A DNA stretch of 64,000 nucleotides from a virus. The notes below the pieces were generated by a model that saw only the letters and a program-made list of their open reading frames with translations, made no database searches and was not told where the DNA came from. The translations under genes and the position numbers were made by a program. The first letter of the stretch is position 1, and each line of letters opens with the position of its first letter. This document shows positions 19,305 to 28,792 of the stretch, in pieces. Where the stretch lies: IMG/VR virus record IMGVR_UViG_3300046323_000673, positions 19,861-83,860 of that record. One strand, written 5' to 3'.

Positions 19305-21284
19305 ATGGCGAAAACCACCGAAGTCAAAGTGAAGTTAAAAGTCGAGGACGGTGGTTCGTCCAGTGTCCTCGATCGAATCAAGAAGGGATTCTTCGGGGTC
19401 GAATCTGCTGAAAAGTTAGCCGAAAAATCGGCGAAAGATTTCGCCGAACAGTTCGTCGAGCAAAACAAAATCAAGGAACGAATCGATAAGGTCAAAGACT
19501 CGTTCCTTGATTTATCACGTAGCATTGCGGTATCTGCCATCGAAGGGCAAAAAGCTGATAAGTCGATCGCTGGTTTGATCGCGATTGCACAGGGTTCGCA
19601 ATGGTCCGCGGCGTATGAATCGGCGCAAGCGTTGAACGATCAACTCGACGAAATCAGTGTGAAGGCGGGGCAAGCAGGCGATGACGTAGGAGCTGCATTC
19701 CAGGTCATGGCCGAAATCAGCGGCGCGACGGAAGGCGGCCTAGCGAAAGCGAAAGAGCAAACCGCGAGTCTTGCGACCATTGCCAATACGCTCGGGAAAA
19801 GCACGGCGGACATCGCGCGTGAATTCAGCTTCATGGGTGAAGGCGTCGTGAAGACCAAGGGGCAGCTTTTCCAGTTGCTTCAAACAACGGGAATCTTCGG
19901 GGACAAGACGAAAGATGCGTCGAATTATTGGGCAAGTTTGACCGAAGAAAGCAGGCTTGAACAACTCTCGTCTGGGCTCGAAAAGGTCGCATCCAAGCTG
20001 AAGGATAGCGAGCCGGTGATCGGCGACTACCTCACGACGATCGACAACTTGTTCGGTATGGCAAAAGAGAAGCTCGGGGAACCAATCATCAATTCGATGA
20101 AACCCGCACTTACCGACTTGATTGGACGATTGAAAGTCGCAATGCCCGCGATTGAAAAGTTCGGCATTGTCATGGGCAAAGAGATTAGTCATTGGGTCGA
20201 TGACGCGGTGAAAGAGATTTCGGAGGGTTTCAAGTACATGGAAACCCACGCGGAAGAGATAAAGAACGCAATCGCAGAAGGGTACAAAACGGCGAAAGAA
20301 GTCGTGATGTTCATCCTCGATCACAAGGAAGAGATCGCGATCGCGTTCGGTGCAAATGCAGTGTTGCCAGGACTTCGTGCGGGTGCAAGTGCCGCGGGTT
20401 CGCTCATTGATGCGAGTGCCAAGGGGATTGGACCATTGGCGGGCACGGGCGGGGGTATTGCAGCGGGTGCTGCAACAATGGTTGCGTTTGCCGCGGCGGT
20501 GGGTGCATTCGCATTGGTTGTCGATCAATGGGGCGAGTTGATGGCGTCCACAGAAGGCGGCAAAAGCGAGGGGCAGCAAGACTTCGCGGCGTATCAACGG
20601 TCGTTTGAGCAACGTGCAGCAGCTCCCGATACGGGTGCATGGGGCAAAGACGAAATGAAGGGGTTTGAGCAGCAGCGCGCAGCGTTCGTGCAGCTCGCGC
20701 AAGACCTGGGTGAAAACGCACGTGCGGCCGGGGAACTTGCTGATCGTGCATTCGCGGCGCACAAGGGTATGCGCGATATGGTTGGGCCCGTCGAAGAAGC
20801 GCAAAAGATGTTCGACAACTTCGCAAAAGCCCGTGCTGAAGGGATGATTCCCGATGAAGCGAGCATTGCGACGGCTGATTCATTGATCGGGCAAGTAGGT
20901 GCGAGCTTTACAAAAGCAATGGCGACGCACAACCAAGGGGCATCGCAATACATCGCGAACCTGCTTGCGAAAAGCGAGGGGTTGCAAGGTGCATTCCTCG
21001 CATCTGCTGATCTCACGAGTGAAGGGTTTGAAGCCCTCGCAAGCATGGTCGAAGGGCAATCGAAGGAGTTTGCTGATTTGCTTCGGGGAAGAGCAGGCGA
21101 AGGAAAGACCGCGCCGGCGACGCCTGCTGCACCCAAAGTGGTGATGACGGGCGGACAAACATTCCAAATCAAGCAGGACTTCCGCGATCAAGATCCCGAC
21201 CGGGTTGCGATCATGTTCGAGCGGGATATTGGTCGGAGTATTGAAAGGAAGTTGTCGGCGGGGTCGAACGTGTTTGGCGCCTAA
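19305..21284 (+). CDS. tail tape measure protein
   Basis: 659 aa Ala/Gly-rich helical protein after the chaperone. Confidence 0.75.
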   Translation: MAKTTEVKVKLKVEDGGSSSVLDRIKKGFFGVESAEKLAEKSAKDFAEQFVEQNKIKERIDKVKDSFLDLSRSIAVSAIEGQKADKSIAGLIAIAQGSQWSAAYESAQALNDQLDEISVKAGQAGDDVGAAFQVMAEISGATEGGLAKAKEQTASLATIANTLGKSTADIAREFSFMGEGVVKTKGQLFQLLQTTGIFGDKTKDASNYWASLTEESRLEQLSSGLEKVASKLKDSEPVIGDYLTTIDNLFGMAKEKLGEPIINSMKPALTDLIGRLKVAMPAIEKFGIVMGKEISHWVDDAVKEISEGFKYMETHAEEIKNAIAEGYKTAKEVVMFILDHKEEIAIAFGANAVLPGLRAGASAAGSLIDASAKGIGPLAGTGGGIAAGAATMVAFAAAVGAFALVVDQWGELMASTEGGKSEGQQDFAAYQRSFEQRAAAPDTGAWGKDEMKGFEQQRAAFVQLAQDLGENARAAGELADRAFAAHKGMRDMVGPVEEAQKMFDNFAKARAEGMIPDEASIATADSLIGQVGASFTKAMATHNQGASQYIANLLAKSEGLQGAFLASADLTSEGFEALASMVEGQSKEFADLLRGRAGEGKTAPATPAAPKVVMTGGQTFQIKQDFRDQDPDRVAIMFERDIGRSIERKLSAGSNVFGA

Positions 21285-21484
21285 GAGTCAAACACGTCGC
21301 TTATTTTGAAAGCGTATCGCGAATTGACGACACGTTCATCTTCACGAACAAGCGCGCCGTGCCCATTTATGCAAGTTGCAGGCTCGCAACTTGTTTCATG
21401 AATACCCCTGCTTCCAGGTTCATACATAAGATCACGACGTGCTTTGTATCCGCACGTTTTGCAAACCAATGTGACGCGGGTCAT
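21281..21484 (-). CDS. small antisense Zn-ribbon protein
   Basis: CKTCG...CINGH; stop overlaps tape-measure stop by 4 bp. Confidence 0.55.
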   Translation of the reverse strand: MTRVTLVCKTCGYKARRDLMYEPGSRGIHETSCEPATCINGHGALVREDERVVNSRYAFKISDVFDS

Positions 21485-21837
21485 GACTGATGGGAACCGC
21501 GCGGGTCGTGTTGGCCTTCGGTGCCGAAGAAATCTTCCTGTACAAGTTCGTCCAGGAACTCATTGAATTGCTGGACGAACGTTTCCCGTTCGTCTTTCGA
21601 TAATCCCAAGATCACGTCGAACAAGTACGCGGGATGTTTGATGTTCGCAATTGATTGGTCAACGAACGTGCAACGCGACAAGTATTGTTGCAATGCGTTG
21701 GTCATCGACTGCTTCATTGCAAATCGTTCGTAGAGCAATGTGCTTGTAATGGGCGAATGTCTTTCCATTGCGAGAATGGCGACGAACACGCGGGCAAGGT
21801 TGGCGGTACTTGCGTACTTGAAATTGGCACGGGGCAT
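21481..21837 (-). CDS. antisense hypothetical protein
   Basis: GGAGGT RBS; C-terminal DFFGTEGQHDPRG; ATGA coupling. Confidence 0.65.
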   Translation of the reverse strand: MPRANFKYASTANLARVFVAILAMERHSPITSTLLYERFAMKQSMTNALQQYLSRCTFVDQSIANIKHPAYLFDVILGLSKDERETFVQQFNEFLDELVQEDFFGTEGQHDPRGSHQS

Positions 21838-21872
21838 GAGATGAAACCTCCTGCCCTCGTCATGCCGCGCGT

Positions 21873-22085
21873 TCAGTGTCGTCGTTTGCTTGGCTTTCCT
21901 TTCCGACGATTGCGTGCAAGGTTTGCACGCTTCTCGCGACGATTGCGAATGCGGGGTTGATTAGGTGATGGCTTATCAGGCGCGAAGTTTGTAACAACAT
22001 GACCTTGCAACATTGCGTGCCGTTCGGCTTCTGCCATCGGGTCGAATTCATCAACGATAAACTTGGTGGGTGTGGTGTTATCCAT
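21873..22085 (-). CDS. small basic antisense protein
   Basis: CATGAT 7 bp before ATG next to palindrome 7. Confidence 0.5.
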   Translation of the reverse strand: MDNTTPTKFIVDEFDPMAEAERHAMLQGHVVTNFAPDKPSPNQPRIRNRREKRANLARNRRKGKPSKRRH

Positions 22086-22101
22086 GTTCGACATCATGCA
22101 C

Positions 22102-22131
22102 AAATCCAATTGGATCGATCCAATTGGATTT
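22102..22131. repeat. 30-bp palindrome copy 7 (exact)
   Basis: Between divergent genes. Confidence 0.97.
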
Positions 22132-22205
22132 CACGCTCTCCCACGCGTGATGGTACACTCGCCACGTAAGCGCCCCCCACGGGCACATAGGAGGCACGGA
22201 AGCAC

Positions 22206-22904
22206 ATGCAGCACATGCATTTCGATTGGACGATGATCACGCCCGAAGAAGCGGGCGCGCTGGAAGAAGCAGCGGTGACAGCTCTTGATGCAGGCGAGTT
22301 TGGTTTGACCGAAATGCCCGCTGAACTCATGACGACGGGTGAAGAAGTTGTCGAGGAAGCCCTCGAAACGGTCGAAGACGAAAACGCCGAAAGCATCGAA
22401 GAACAGGCCGAAGAAGCAATCGAAGGGGAAGAATTGCACGCGGGCGAGATCGACCCGACCGTGCTAGGCGAGATCGCTTCTGCGTGCGCTGACAAGGCCG
22501 AAGAAGCCGCGACGAAAGCGGAAGAAGCTGCTGAACTCGCGGATGATTCCGAGCTTGAAGGCGTCGATCCCAAGGAAGCCAAGACAGCAGCGGAAGATGC
22601 ACGTGAAGCCGCTGATGCAGCTCGTGAAGCAGCCGATGAAGCTGAGAAAGCAGTCGCGGATGAAGATTATGGGAAGGCTCTTGAGCTTTACATGACGGCT
22701 GCCGAAGAAGCGGCGACGGCGGAAGAAGCGTGCACCGTTGCGTGTGCAGCCGCAAAGATGAACCAACAACCGCCTGTTGCAGCAGCACCGAGTGGCGACA
22801 AGGGTGCAGCAGCGAAAGCCGCTCCTACGCCCCCTGCAACGCCCGCAAAGTCCAAGCCTGCAAAGGGCATGGCGGGTTGGGCCGATCGCGTACTTGCAGC
22901 CTAG
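22206..22904 (+). CDS. highly acidic Ala/Glu-rich protein
   Basis: 232 aa, GGAGG RBS, upstream TG-g-TACACT extended -10. Confidence 0.75.
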   Translation: MQHMHFDWTMITPEEAGALEEAAVTALDAGEFGLTEMPAELMTTGEEVVEEALETVEDENAESIEEQAEEAIEGEELHAGEIDPTVLGEIASACADKAEEAATKAEEAAELADDSELEGVDPKEAKTAAEDAREAADAAREAADEAEKAVADEDYGKALELYMTAAEEAATAEEACTVACAAAKMNQQPPVAAAPSGDKGAAAKAAPTPPATPAKSKPAKGMAGWADRVLAA

Positions 22905-23209
22905 CTTCGGTGTCTGCGTTCCAAAGCATCGTGAAAGCGTCGTTTCGCTTCACGATGCTTTGCATCTGCTTCATCGGCTTCGCGACGTAGCTTGTCGATA
23001 TCAATGGGAACAACGTTCATTTCGATGAACTTCTGAACATCCTCGTTCAGTTTGCCAGTATCGTCAAACAAGCGAGCGATCAAACTTTCAGCACGTAATC
23101 CCAGAATGTCAGACGTGTTTGACCTGAGTTCGACAGAATGAAGTTCCTGTCTGATGCCGAGTTCCGAATTGATGCCTGTGATTTTGAACGTGATATCGAT
23201 TCTTTGCAT
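22901..23209 (-). CDS. antisense hypothetical protein
   Basis: Stops overlap in CTAG; CATGAT 6 bp before ATG. Confidence 0.65.
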   Translation of the reverse strand: MQRIDITFKITGINSELGIRQELHSVELRSNTSDILGLRAESLIARLFDDTGKLNEDVQKFIEMNVVPIDIDKLRREADEADAKHREAKRRFHDALERRHRS

Positions 23210-23229
23210 ACGTCGATCATGCCGTGACG

Positions 23230-23259
23230 AAATCCAATTGGATCAACCCAATTGGATCT
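23230..23259. repeat. 30-bp palindrome copy 8 (3 mismatches)
   Basis: AAATCCAATTGGATCAACCCAATTGGATCT between divergent genes. Confidence 0.9.
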
Positions 23260-23278
23260 CACGTGATACCCTTCCCAC

Positions 23279-24481
23279 GTGAGCAGCATCGTCATCGAAG
23301 AACTCGAGGGGCAGAAGCGCACTTTAACCTTGAACGGCCCGGCATTGCCCCTTCGCGGCGCAACATGGGGCGGCGAGATGCGCCTCGTGACTGCGTTCCC
23401 ACCAGGGCGGGGCGGTGAAGCAACGCAGCAGGTTCTAGGCATCACGGAAGCCCCTAGCGAATGGGAGGGCACGTGGAACACGACGCGCATGGTTGCAGCT
23501 CCGTCAGTTCTTCGTTCGTCAGGGCAGAACCAAGGCATCACACGCGCGTTCACGCTCATGACGGTGTTCGAGGAAATCATCCGCGCCGGTTCTCTCTTGC
23601 GCGTTACGTGGGCAACGGAGAACCGAAAGCTCGAGCGCGAGGGTCGGGTTGGGAGTTTCAAGTTTCCCATCGACCGCGAAGACGATATTCGGTGGAACGC
23701 GTCGTTCGTTTGGACATCACGTGGTTCGGGCAATTCGGTCACGCCCGTCGCGCAAGCTGAAGAAGATATCGAAGCGTCACTGCGCGCAATCAATGGCACC
23801 TTGGCGGATATCCAAAGCGTGATCGTTGGTTCGCCCGTGCAGAGCATCACGCCAACCACACCGAACGGCGCATCGTTTCTCACGCTTGGGCAGCTCGAAC
23901 AAATCGCGAGTGCACCCCGCAACTTCGCCGACCAAATCGGAAACACGGTTGTGTTTCTGCAATCAAATGTTTCACGCGCGATCGGCGTGGTCGAAACAAT
24001 ACGGGCACAACCGTCGCAGGTTGCGGAAATTGCATCGACGACATCGCAACAAGTGCAAACCGAAATGCTCGATATTCGCAAACGACTAGGGCGCATTCCC
24101 CCCGAGACGTTGGTTGAGCCGGGTTCGTCCGTTTCAACAGTTGCGCGCACGTCAGCATATTTCGCGAGCATCGGGGGCAAGACGAACAAGACGATTCAGC
24201 AAACGATCGCGGTGCAGAACGCGGCACGAAAGAACGTGCGGGCGGGGGATGCGCGTAGGGGTCAAGATCGCGCCGATCCATCGAACGTGATCGAAACGAT
24301 ATTTGCACGCGCGGGCGATACGTTCGCGGGGTTGTCGATGAAGTATTACGGGTCGGCTGATTTGGCGGCGCAACTCGCGCGGGCGAATGGGTTTCCCGCG
24401 TATCAAGTCGCGCCCCCGGTGGGAAAGCGGCTCATCATCCCCGAATTCACAAGCTCGGATGGTCCGCAGAAATCGAGCTAG
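23279..24481 (+). CDS. tail tube initiator / baseplate protein with C-terminal LysM
   Basis: ARAGDTFAGLSMKYYGS...LARANG...GKRLIIP; synteny. Confidence 0.75.
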   Translation: MSSIVIEELEGQKRTLTLNGPALPLRGATWGGEMRLVTAFPPGRGGEATQQVLGITEAPSEWEGTWNTTRMVAAPSVLRSSGQNQGITRAFTLMTVFEEIIRAGSLLRVTWATENRKLEREGRVGSFKFPIDREDDIRWNASFVWTSRGSGNSVTPVAQAEEDIEASLRAINGTLADIQSVIVGSPVQSITPTTPNGASFLTLGQLEQIASAPRNFADQIGNTVVFLQSNVSRAIGVVETIRAQPSQVAEIASTTSQQVQTEMLDIRKRLGRIPPETLVEPGSSVSTVARTSAYFASIGGKTNKTIQQTIAVQNAARKNVRAGDARRGQDRADPSNVIETIFARAGDTFAGLSMKYYGSADLAAQLARANGFPAYQVAPPVGKRLIIPEFTSSDGPQKSS

Positions 24482-24735
24482 TTCGAATTGGAATCAAGCA
24501 ACGCAAGTTCGGCACGCATTGCAATCACATCGGCTTCGATATCTTTGATCGCCGATTTCAATGCGGTGCGCTTTGCTTCATTGATTTCTTGTGCACCGAT
24601 TCGGCTCCCACGTGCATGCCAAACGTCAGTGCCCTTTTCATTCGATATGCCAATCGGTTTGGTCGACTTGCCTTCCCAATACCAGATATCGAATTTTGGA
24701 TTGATTGAACGATGGTTCCACATGCTCACCTTCAT
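24478..24735 (-). CDS. antisense hypothetical protein (alternative start 24723)
   Basis: Stops overlap in CTAG; starts beside palindrome 9. Confidence 0.6.
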   Translation of the reverse strand: MKVSMWNHRSINPKFDIWYWEGKSTKPIGISNEKGTDVWHARGSRIGAQEINEAKRTALKSAIKDIEADVIAMRAELALLDSNSN

Positions 24736-24744
24736 GCTGCACCC

Positions 24745-24774
24745 AAATCCAATTGGATCGATCTAATTGGATTT
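24745..24774. repeat. 30-bp palindrome copy 9 (1 mismatch)
   Basis: ...GATCTAATTGG variant; between divergent genes. Confidence 0.95.
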
Positions 24775-24793
24775 TGCCGTGTAACATAGGGAC

Positions 24794-26509
24794 ATGCCCG
24801 TTCGTGAGCAGCCCCGACAAAGCTACACCCCCCGCGCACGCCTCGAACTCATCATCCGTTTGGAAGACTTCGGGGACAAGGCGAACCCTGTCCCGCCTTC
24901 CCCGGTGATGCCTCCTCACTTACGCAGCGGGAAGAAGAAGGGCGGCACGAACGATGACAAGCTGCGTATCGAGCGCGAGGGCGATCGTTTGGTCCTGCGT
25001 TCACCCACCGCGGGCGATAACAAGGGCCCCCCGCAACAACAGATCCGTAGCAGCGACAACCGCACGTTTCGACTCGACGGGCTTGTTCCATTGCGCGCAA
25101 CTGTGAACCGCAACGGGCCACGCATGGCCGATACGCTTTCCCTCTCCGTCGACTTCGCAAGCTTGCCACTCGACCCGCGCGTGATTCGAAGCATCGCCGT
25201 GCAATTGTGGATCGGATGCATCACGCCCGAACAGCTTGCGGAAGAATCTCAGGGCAAACGAAAAACACCCTGTCCGGATACGTTCACCGATTCATTCGGA
25301 CGAACGAGAAGCAACCTGCGATTCCAAGGATACGTCGATGACTTCGAATGCACATTGAACGACGGCGCTCCTGAAGTGAACCTTGAATGCACCGACAACA
25401 CGCGCATCCTGATTGATCAAGACGCGCCAGTGAAACTCACGGTATCGGCTGATAAACCCCTCGACGAAGCAGTCGCCGACTACCTCTCGAACTTCCCGCA
25501 ATTCGTGGGCCTTAGCGTTGAGTACAGGCCGGGGGGTGTGGCTGTTCCGAGCTTGGGTACTGCCCTTGCTAAAACCGCGTTTAAGCCAAAGCTAGGGCCT
25601 CCCCCGGCGGGCGGCGGCGCGGGTGGGAAAATGACGGTATGGGATTACCTGACCGACATCGCGGGTTCGGTGGGCTTGCTTGTTCGGTTCGAGAATACGA
25701 CCGTGATTCTGCAACGCCCTCGCACGTTCTACGCGGGGCGGGGACGTGCACGCCCTGATGATCCATTTCGTGGACGCATCTTGCCCACGGGAAGGCAGAT
25801 TGATTCACGCCTGCTTGTGTATGGGCGCAACGTGGACGAACTCGGGTTCAAACGTAAGTTTTCCCGGAACATCAGTACGAACGTGGAAGTGCGCTGTTAT
25901 TCGCCCCGATTGGGCAAAACGTTGGTTGCTCGATACCCGGTTGGAAAATCGGATAGGCAAAACAAGCCTGTGCCCGGCGACAAGCAAGATACGTCGTGGA
26001 AGGTCGTCACGGTGTACGGCATTGAAGACGAACCCACGTTACGCGTCGTTGCACAAGGCGTGTACGAGCAATTAGGCAGGGCTGAACTCACTGGCAAAGT
26101 CGTCACGAAGAACCTTGGCAGCTTTGGTGGAAGCAATAGCGATCCCGATTTACTCGATGTGCAAGCGGGTGATTCGGTCGTGATCGAAGTGCAGCGGGAT
26201 GATCCGGCACTCACGGCAATGGGCGGGCAGGGCGGAAGCGGGAACGCGCAAGCATTTCTCGAACGGTTGGGATACCCGAGCGATTTTGCAACGGCGTATC
26301 AAAACGCGGTGACGAACATCGGATTACCGACGACGTTTCGTGTTCGTACCACGGCGATTGATTGGGATTTCGAGCAAGGTGTGACGCTCGATTACGAGGT
26401 GGTCAATTACGTGGAAGTGCGCGCGTCGAAGGAATTACCGGAAGGGGAAGAGATTCCCGATGTGGACCCCGCCGATCAACCGGATAGGGTCGCGGTTGAG
26501 AGCGAGTGA
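24794..26509 (+). CDS. baseplate hub protein (P2 gpD / Mu gp44-like)
   Basis: 571 aa; FQGYVD...LECTDNTRILID, TVWDYL, LVYGRNV; precedes spike. Confidence 0.7.
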   Translation: MPVREQPRQSYTPRARLELIIRLEDFGDKANPVPPSPVMPPHLRSGKKKGGTNDDKLRIEREGDRLVLRSPTAGDNKGPPQQQIRSSDNRTFRLDGLVPLRATVNRNGPRMADTLSLSVDFASLPLDPRVIRSIAVQLWIGCITPEQLAEESQGKRKTPCPDTFTDSFGRTRSNLRFQGYVDDFECTLNDGAPEVNLECTDNTRILIDQDAPVKLTVSADKPLDEAVADYLSNFPQFVGLSVEYRPGGVAVPSLGTALAKTAFKPKLGPPPAGGGAGGKMTVWDYLTDIAGSVGLLVRFENTTVILQRPRTFYAGRGRARPDDPFRGRILPTGRQIDSRLLVYGRNVDELGFKRKFSRNISTNVEVRCYSPRLGKTLVARYPVGKSDRQNKPVPGDKQDTSWKVVTVYGIEDEPTLRVVAQGVYEQLGRAELTGKVVTKNLGSFGGSNSDPDLLDVQAGDSVVIEVQRDDPALTAMGGQGGSGNAQAFLERLGYPSDFATAYQNAVTNIGLPTTFRVRTTAIDWDFEQGVTLDYEVVNYVEVRASKELPEGEEIPDVDPADQPDRVAVESE

Positions 26510-26535
26510 TTTACTGTGATGATTGTCGTTTGTCC

Positions 26536-26730
26536 TTAACGCAACACGATCTTTTTCTTTTGTGCGCCGGTAAATGGATTCACGACGAAGATCTCTTTAT
26601 ATACTCCAGGAAAGAACGCGTTGATAAACTCAAAACGTGTACATTGCAATCTGACAATTTCTCCTGGTTTTGAATTGAGTAAGTTAAAACAATCACGTGA
26701 TAGCTTTCCATTCGTAGAATCTTTAATCAC
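26536..26730 (-). CDS. small AT-rich antisense protein
   Basis: AGGA RBS, GTG start; visibly AT-richer than flanks. Confidence 0.5.
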   Translation of the reverse strand: MIKDSTNGKLSRDCFNLLNSKPGEIVRLQCTRFEFINAFFPGVYKEIFVVNPFTGAQKKKIVLR

Positions 26731-26788
26731 GGTTTGTCTCTTTCCTGTAATGGGTGGGTAGTATGCATGAATTTTTCATGCAGCACCC

Positions 26789-26818
26789 AAATCCAATCGG
26801 ATCGATCCAATTGGATTT
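26789..26818. repeat. 30-bp palindrome copy 10 (1 mismatch)
   Basis: AAATCCAATCGG... variant; between divergent genes. Confidence 0.95.
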
Positions 26819-26838
26819 CACCGTGATACAGGTAGGGC

Positions 26839-27870
26839 ATGCCCCCCCGACGACGACCACGCGCACGCCCGATGAACCTTCCCGATCTCGCAAACGCGAT
26901 GAAGGGACCGGGCAACGACACGCGGCAATGGGTATCGTTTGGCCTGGTTGACGAGGTGCCCGTCGACTTCGATGTTGACCACGGCCCGCTCATATCAGTC
27001 ATCTTGAAACCATCCGAAGTCGAGGTGGTTTGCCGAGTTGCGATGCAGGTAGGAGGCAATGGGGAGGGCGAGTATTACCCGTTCGTCGAAGGCGATGAAG
27101 TCATCGTGCTTGTCCCCGGCGGCAACGAACGAGGCGGATGCGTCATCGTCGGACGATTGCCCAACCAACGCACGCCATTCCCCCAAGGAAGCGTCGCGGG
27201 ACAAGACCCATCGACGAATGCATTCGGGTTCCGCCGGACGAAAGCACCGTTCATCAGTGAAGCGGACGGGCCAATCCTTCAGCGACAAGCCAAGAGCGGC
27301 GCGTTCATTTCACTTGATGAAGCCGGTACGGCGACGATTGCGAATGGCGACAAGAGCGCGATGCAATTGTCGTCAGACGCGCTCACAATTCAATCGGGTG
27401 ACGGCAACTCGATTGTGCAGCTCGACATCACGGGTGGACGCGCAACCGTGCAAAGTGGTTCGGCGGTGCTCACCCTCGCAAGTGCGACGGCTGTACCCGC
27501 GACAAGCTCGATCGTGACACCCAACGTGCTGCAATTCTCGACGGCAGGGGCTCCCCCGGCGGAACACGTCATCACGACAGAAGCGGTCGTGAATCTTGTA
27601 TCGGGCATCTTGAACACGTTGGGTGTTGCATTGACCGCACTTGGCGCAACGCCGTTGACGGGTGCGGTACTTGGCGCGTTACTCGAAGATCCAGCGTTCT
27701 CGATTGCGTTAGCAGCGGCGATCCCAGTGATTGCACAACGGCAACAGAACAGCCTTGTTGCGCTCGCATTGGTTGCCGCGTTTAGCAATCCAACGGCGAA
27801 ACCCCCGCCGGTGCCAGGTCAGGGACAGACGTCACCGGGAATAGGCTGTACGGGGCTCTTGGCGGGGTAG
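26839..27870 (+). CDS. baseplate spike / assembly protein V
   Basis: GNGEGEYYPFVEGDEVIVLVPGG...VIVGRL OB-fold motif followed by beta-helix-like repeats. Confidence 0.8.
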   Translation: MPPRRRPRARPMNLPDLANAMKGPGNDTRQWVSFGLVDEVPVDFDVDHGPLISVILKPSEVEVVCRVAMQVGGNGEGEYYPFVEGDEVIVLVPGGNERGGCVIVGRLPNQRTPFPQGSVAGQDPSTNAFGFRRTKAPFISEADGPILQRQAKSGAFISLDEAGTATIANGDKSAMQLSSDALTIQSGDGNSIVQLDITGGRATVQSGSAVLTLASATAVPATSSIVTPNVLQFSTAGAPPAEHVITTEAVVNLVSGILNTLGVALTALGATPLTGAVLGALLEDPAFSIALAAAIPVIAQRQQNSLVALALVAAFSNPTAKPPPVPGQGQTSPGIGCTGLLAG

Positions 27871-28061
27871 GAACGAACGACTTTCCACGTGGGATCATTC
27901 GTCGCTTTGCGAAGCCAATTGCGTACGTAAATCGCGACCGATTTCTTGCGATAAACCTGCCCGTCTTTGCGATGCTTGCTCCATTGATAACCACGCGCTG
28001 TTTCTAACGTGTATTGTCCTTTTCCGTTTTTAATGCGGAACTTGGGCTTCTTATCCTTCAT
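27819..28061 (-). CDS. small basic antisense protein
   Basis: MKDKKPKFRIKN..., AT-richer insert between baseplate genes. Confidence 0.5.
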   Translation of the reverse strand: MKDKKPKFRIKNGKGQYTLETARGYQWSKHRKDGQVYRKKSVAIYVRNWLRKATNDPTWKVVRSYPAKSPVQPIPGDVCP

Positions 28062-28098
28062 AACGTCATATTTGATCGCGCTGCTCATATCTGCGATC

Positions 28099-28416
28099 AT
28101 GGCACGCATGGGTCGTTCACCTTCACCCGATGCAGCACCCCCCGTTGAACAAGCAGCAGCAGCCGCAAACGCATCGTTTCTGCCATCACCGACAGGGCTT
28201 GAACTGTGCGGGTTCGCCTTGCCTGCAATCCCGGCGTTCCCTGGATTGCCCGCACTTCCGAGTCTCGACACGTTGTTTGCTTTCCCGCCCGCGTTCAGCT
28301 TCCCGATTCCGATGGTGTGCGGGTTGGCGGATAGTTTGGCGGGGAGCGTTGGGTATGGCGGGGGACGTACGCCGTCGCGGGTGGAAGCGATTGATCACGA
28401 ATTCGATGGGGCGTGA
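28099..28416 (+). CDS. Pro-rich hypothetical protein
   Basis: ORF in baseplate cluster. Confidence 0.5.
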   Translation: MARMGRSPSPDAAPPVEQAAAAANASFLPSPTGLELCGFALPAIPAFPGLPALPSLDTLFAFPPAFSFPIPMVCGLADSLAGSVGYGGGRTPSRVEAIDHEFDGA

Positions 28417-28417
28417 T

Positions 28418-28672
28418 TCACAAGTCGATGCAATCGGCGACGCTAAAGCTACGTTCCGATTTCAATTGAGCTTTCAATCGTTCGACTTCTGCTTTCAAGG
28501 CATCACGTTCCATTGCCAATTCTACGATAACGCCTGGATACACGTAGCCTTGGTATCCGTTAGGAATCAATTCAGGATGCACACAATCGGTCCGATAAGT
28601 CTTCAAAACATCAGCATCGATCGTCATTTGCATAGGAACACCAAGTAAAGTTCCTGCCCATACAATTTTCAT
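28418..28672 (-). CDS. antisense hypothetical protein with C-terminal coiled coil
   Basis: GAGGTG RBS; ERDALKAEVERLK. Confidence 0.6.
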   Translation of the reverse strand: MKIVWAGTLLGVPMQMTIDADVLKTYRTDCVHPELIPNGYQGYVYPGVIVELAMERDALKAEVERLKAQLKSERSFSVADCIDL

Positions 28673-28705
28673 GAAATCACCTCTTGTTCGCTTCATGCCA
28701 CGACG

Positions 28706-28735
28706 AAATCCAATTGGATCGATCCAATTGGATTT
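28706..28735. repeat. 30-bp palindrome copy 11 (exact)
   Basis: Between divergent genes. Confidence 0.97.
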
Positions 28736-28792
28736 CACCGACAAAACCGATGATCCTTGACCCAACGCCCCAACTTGCACGACCCTGTACCC

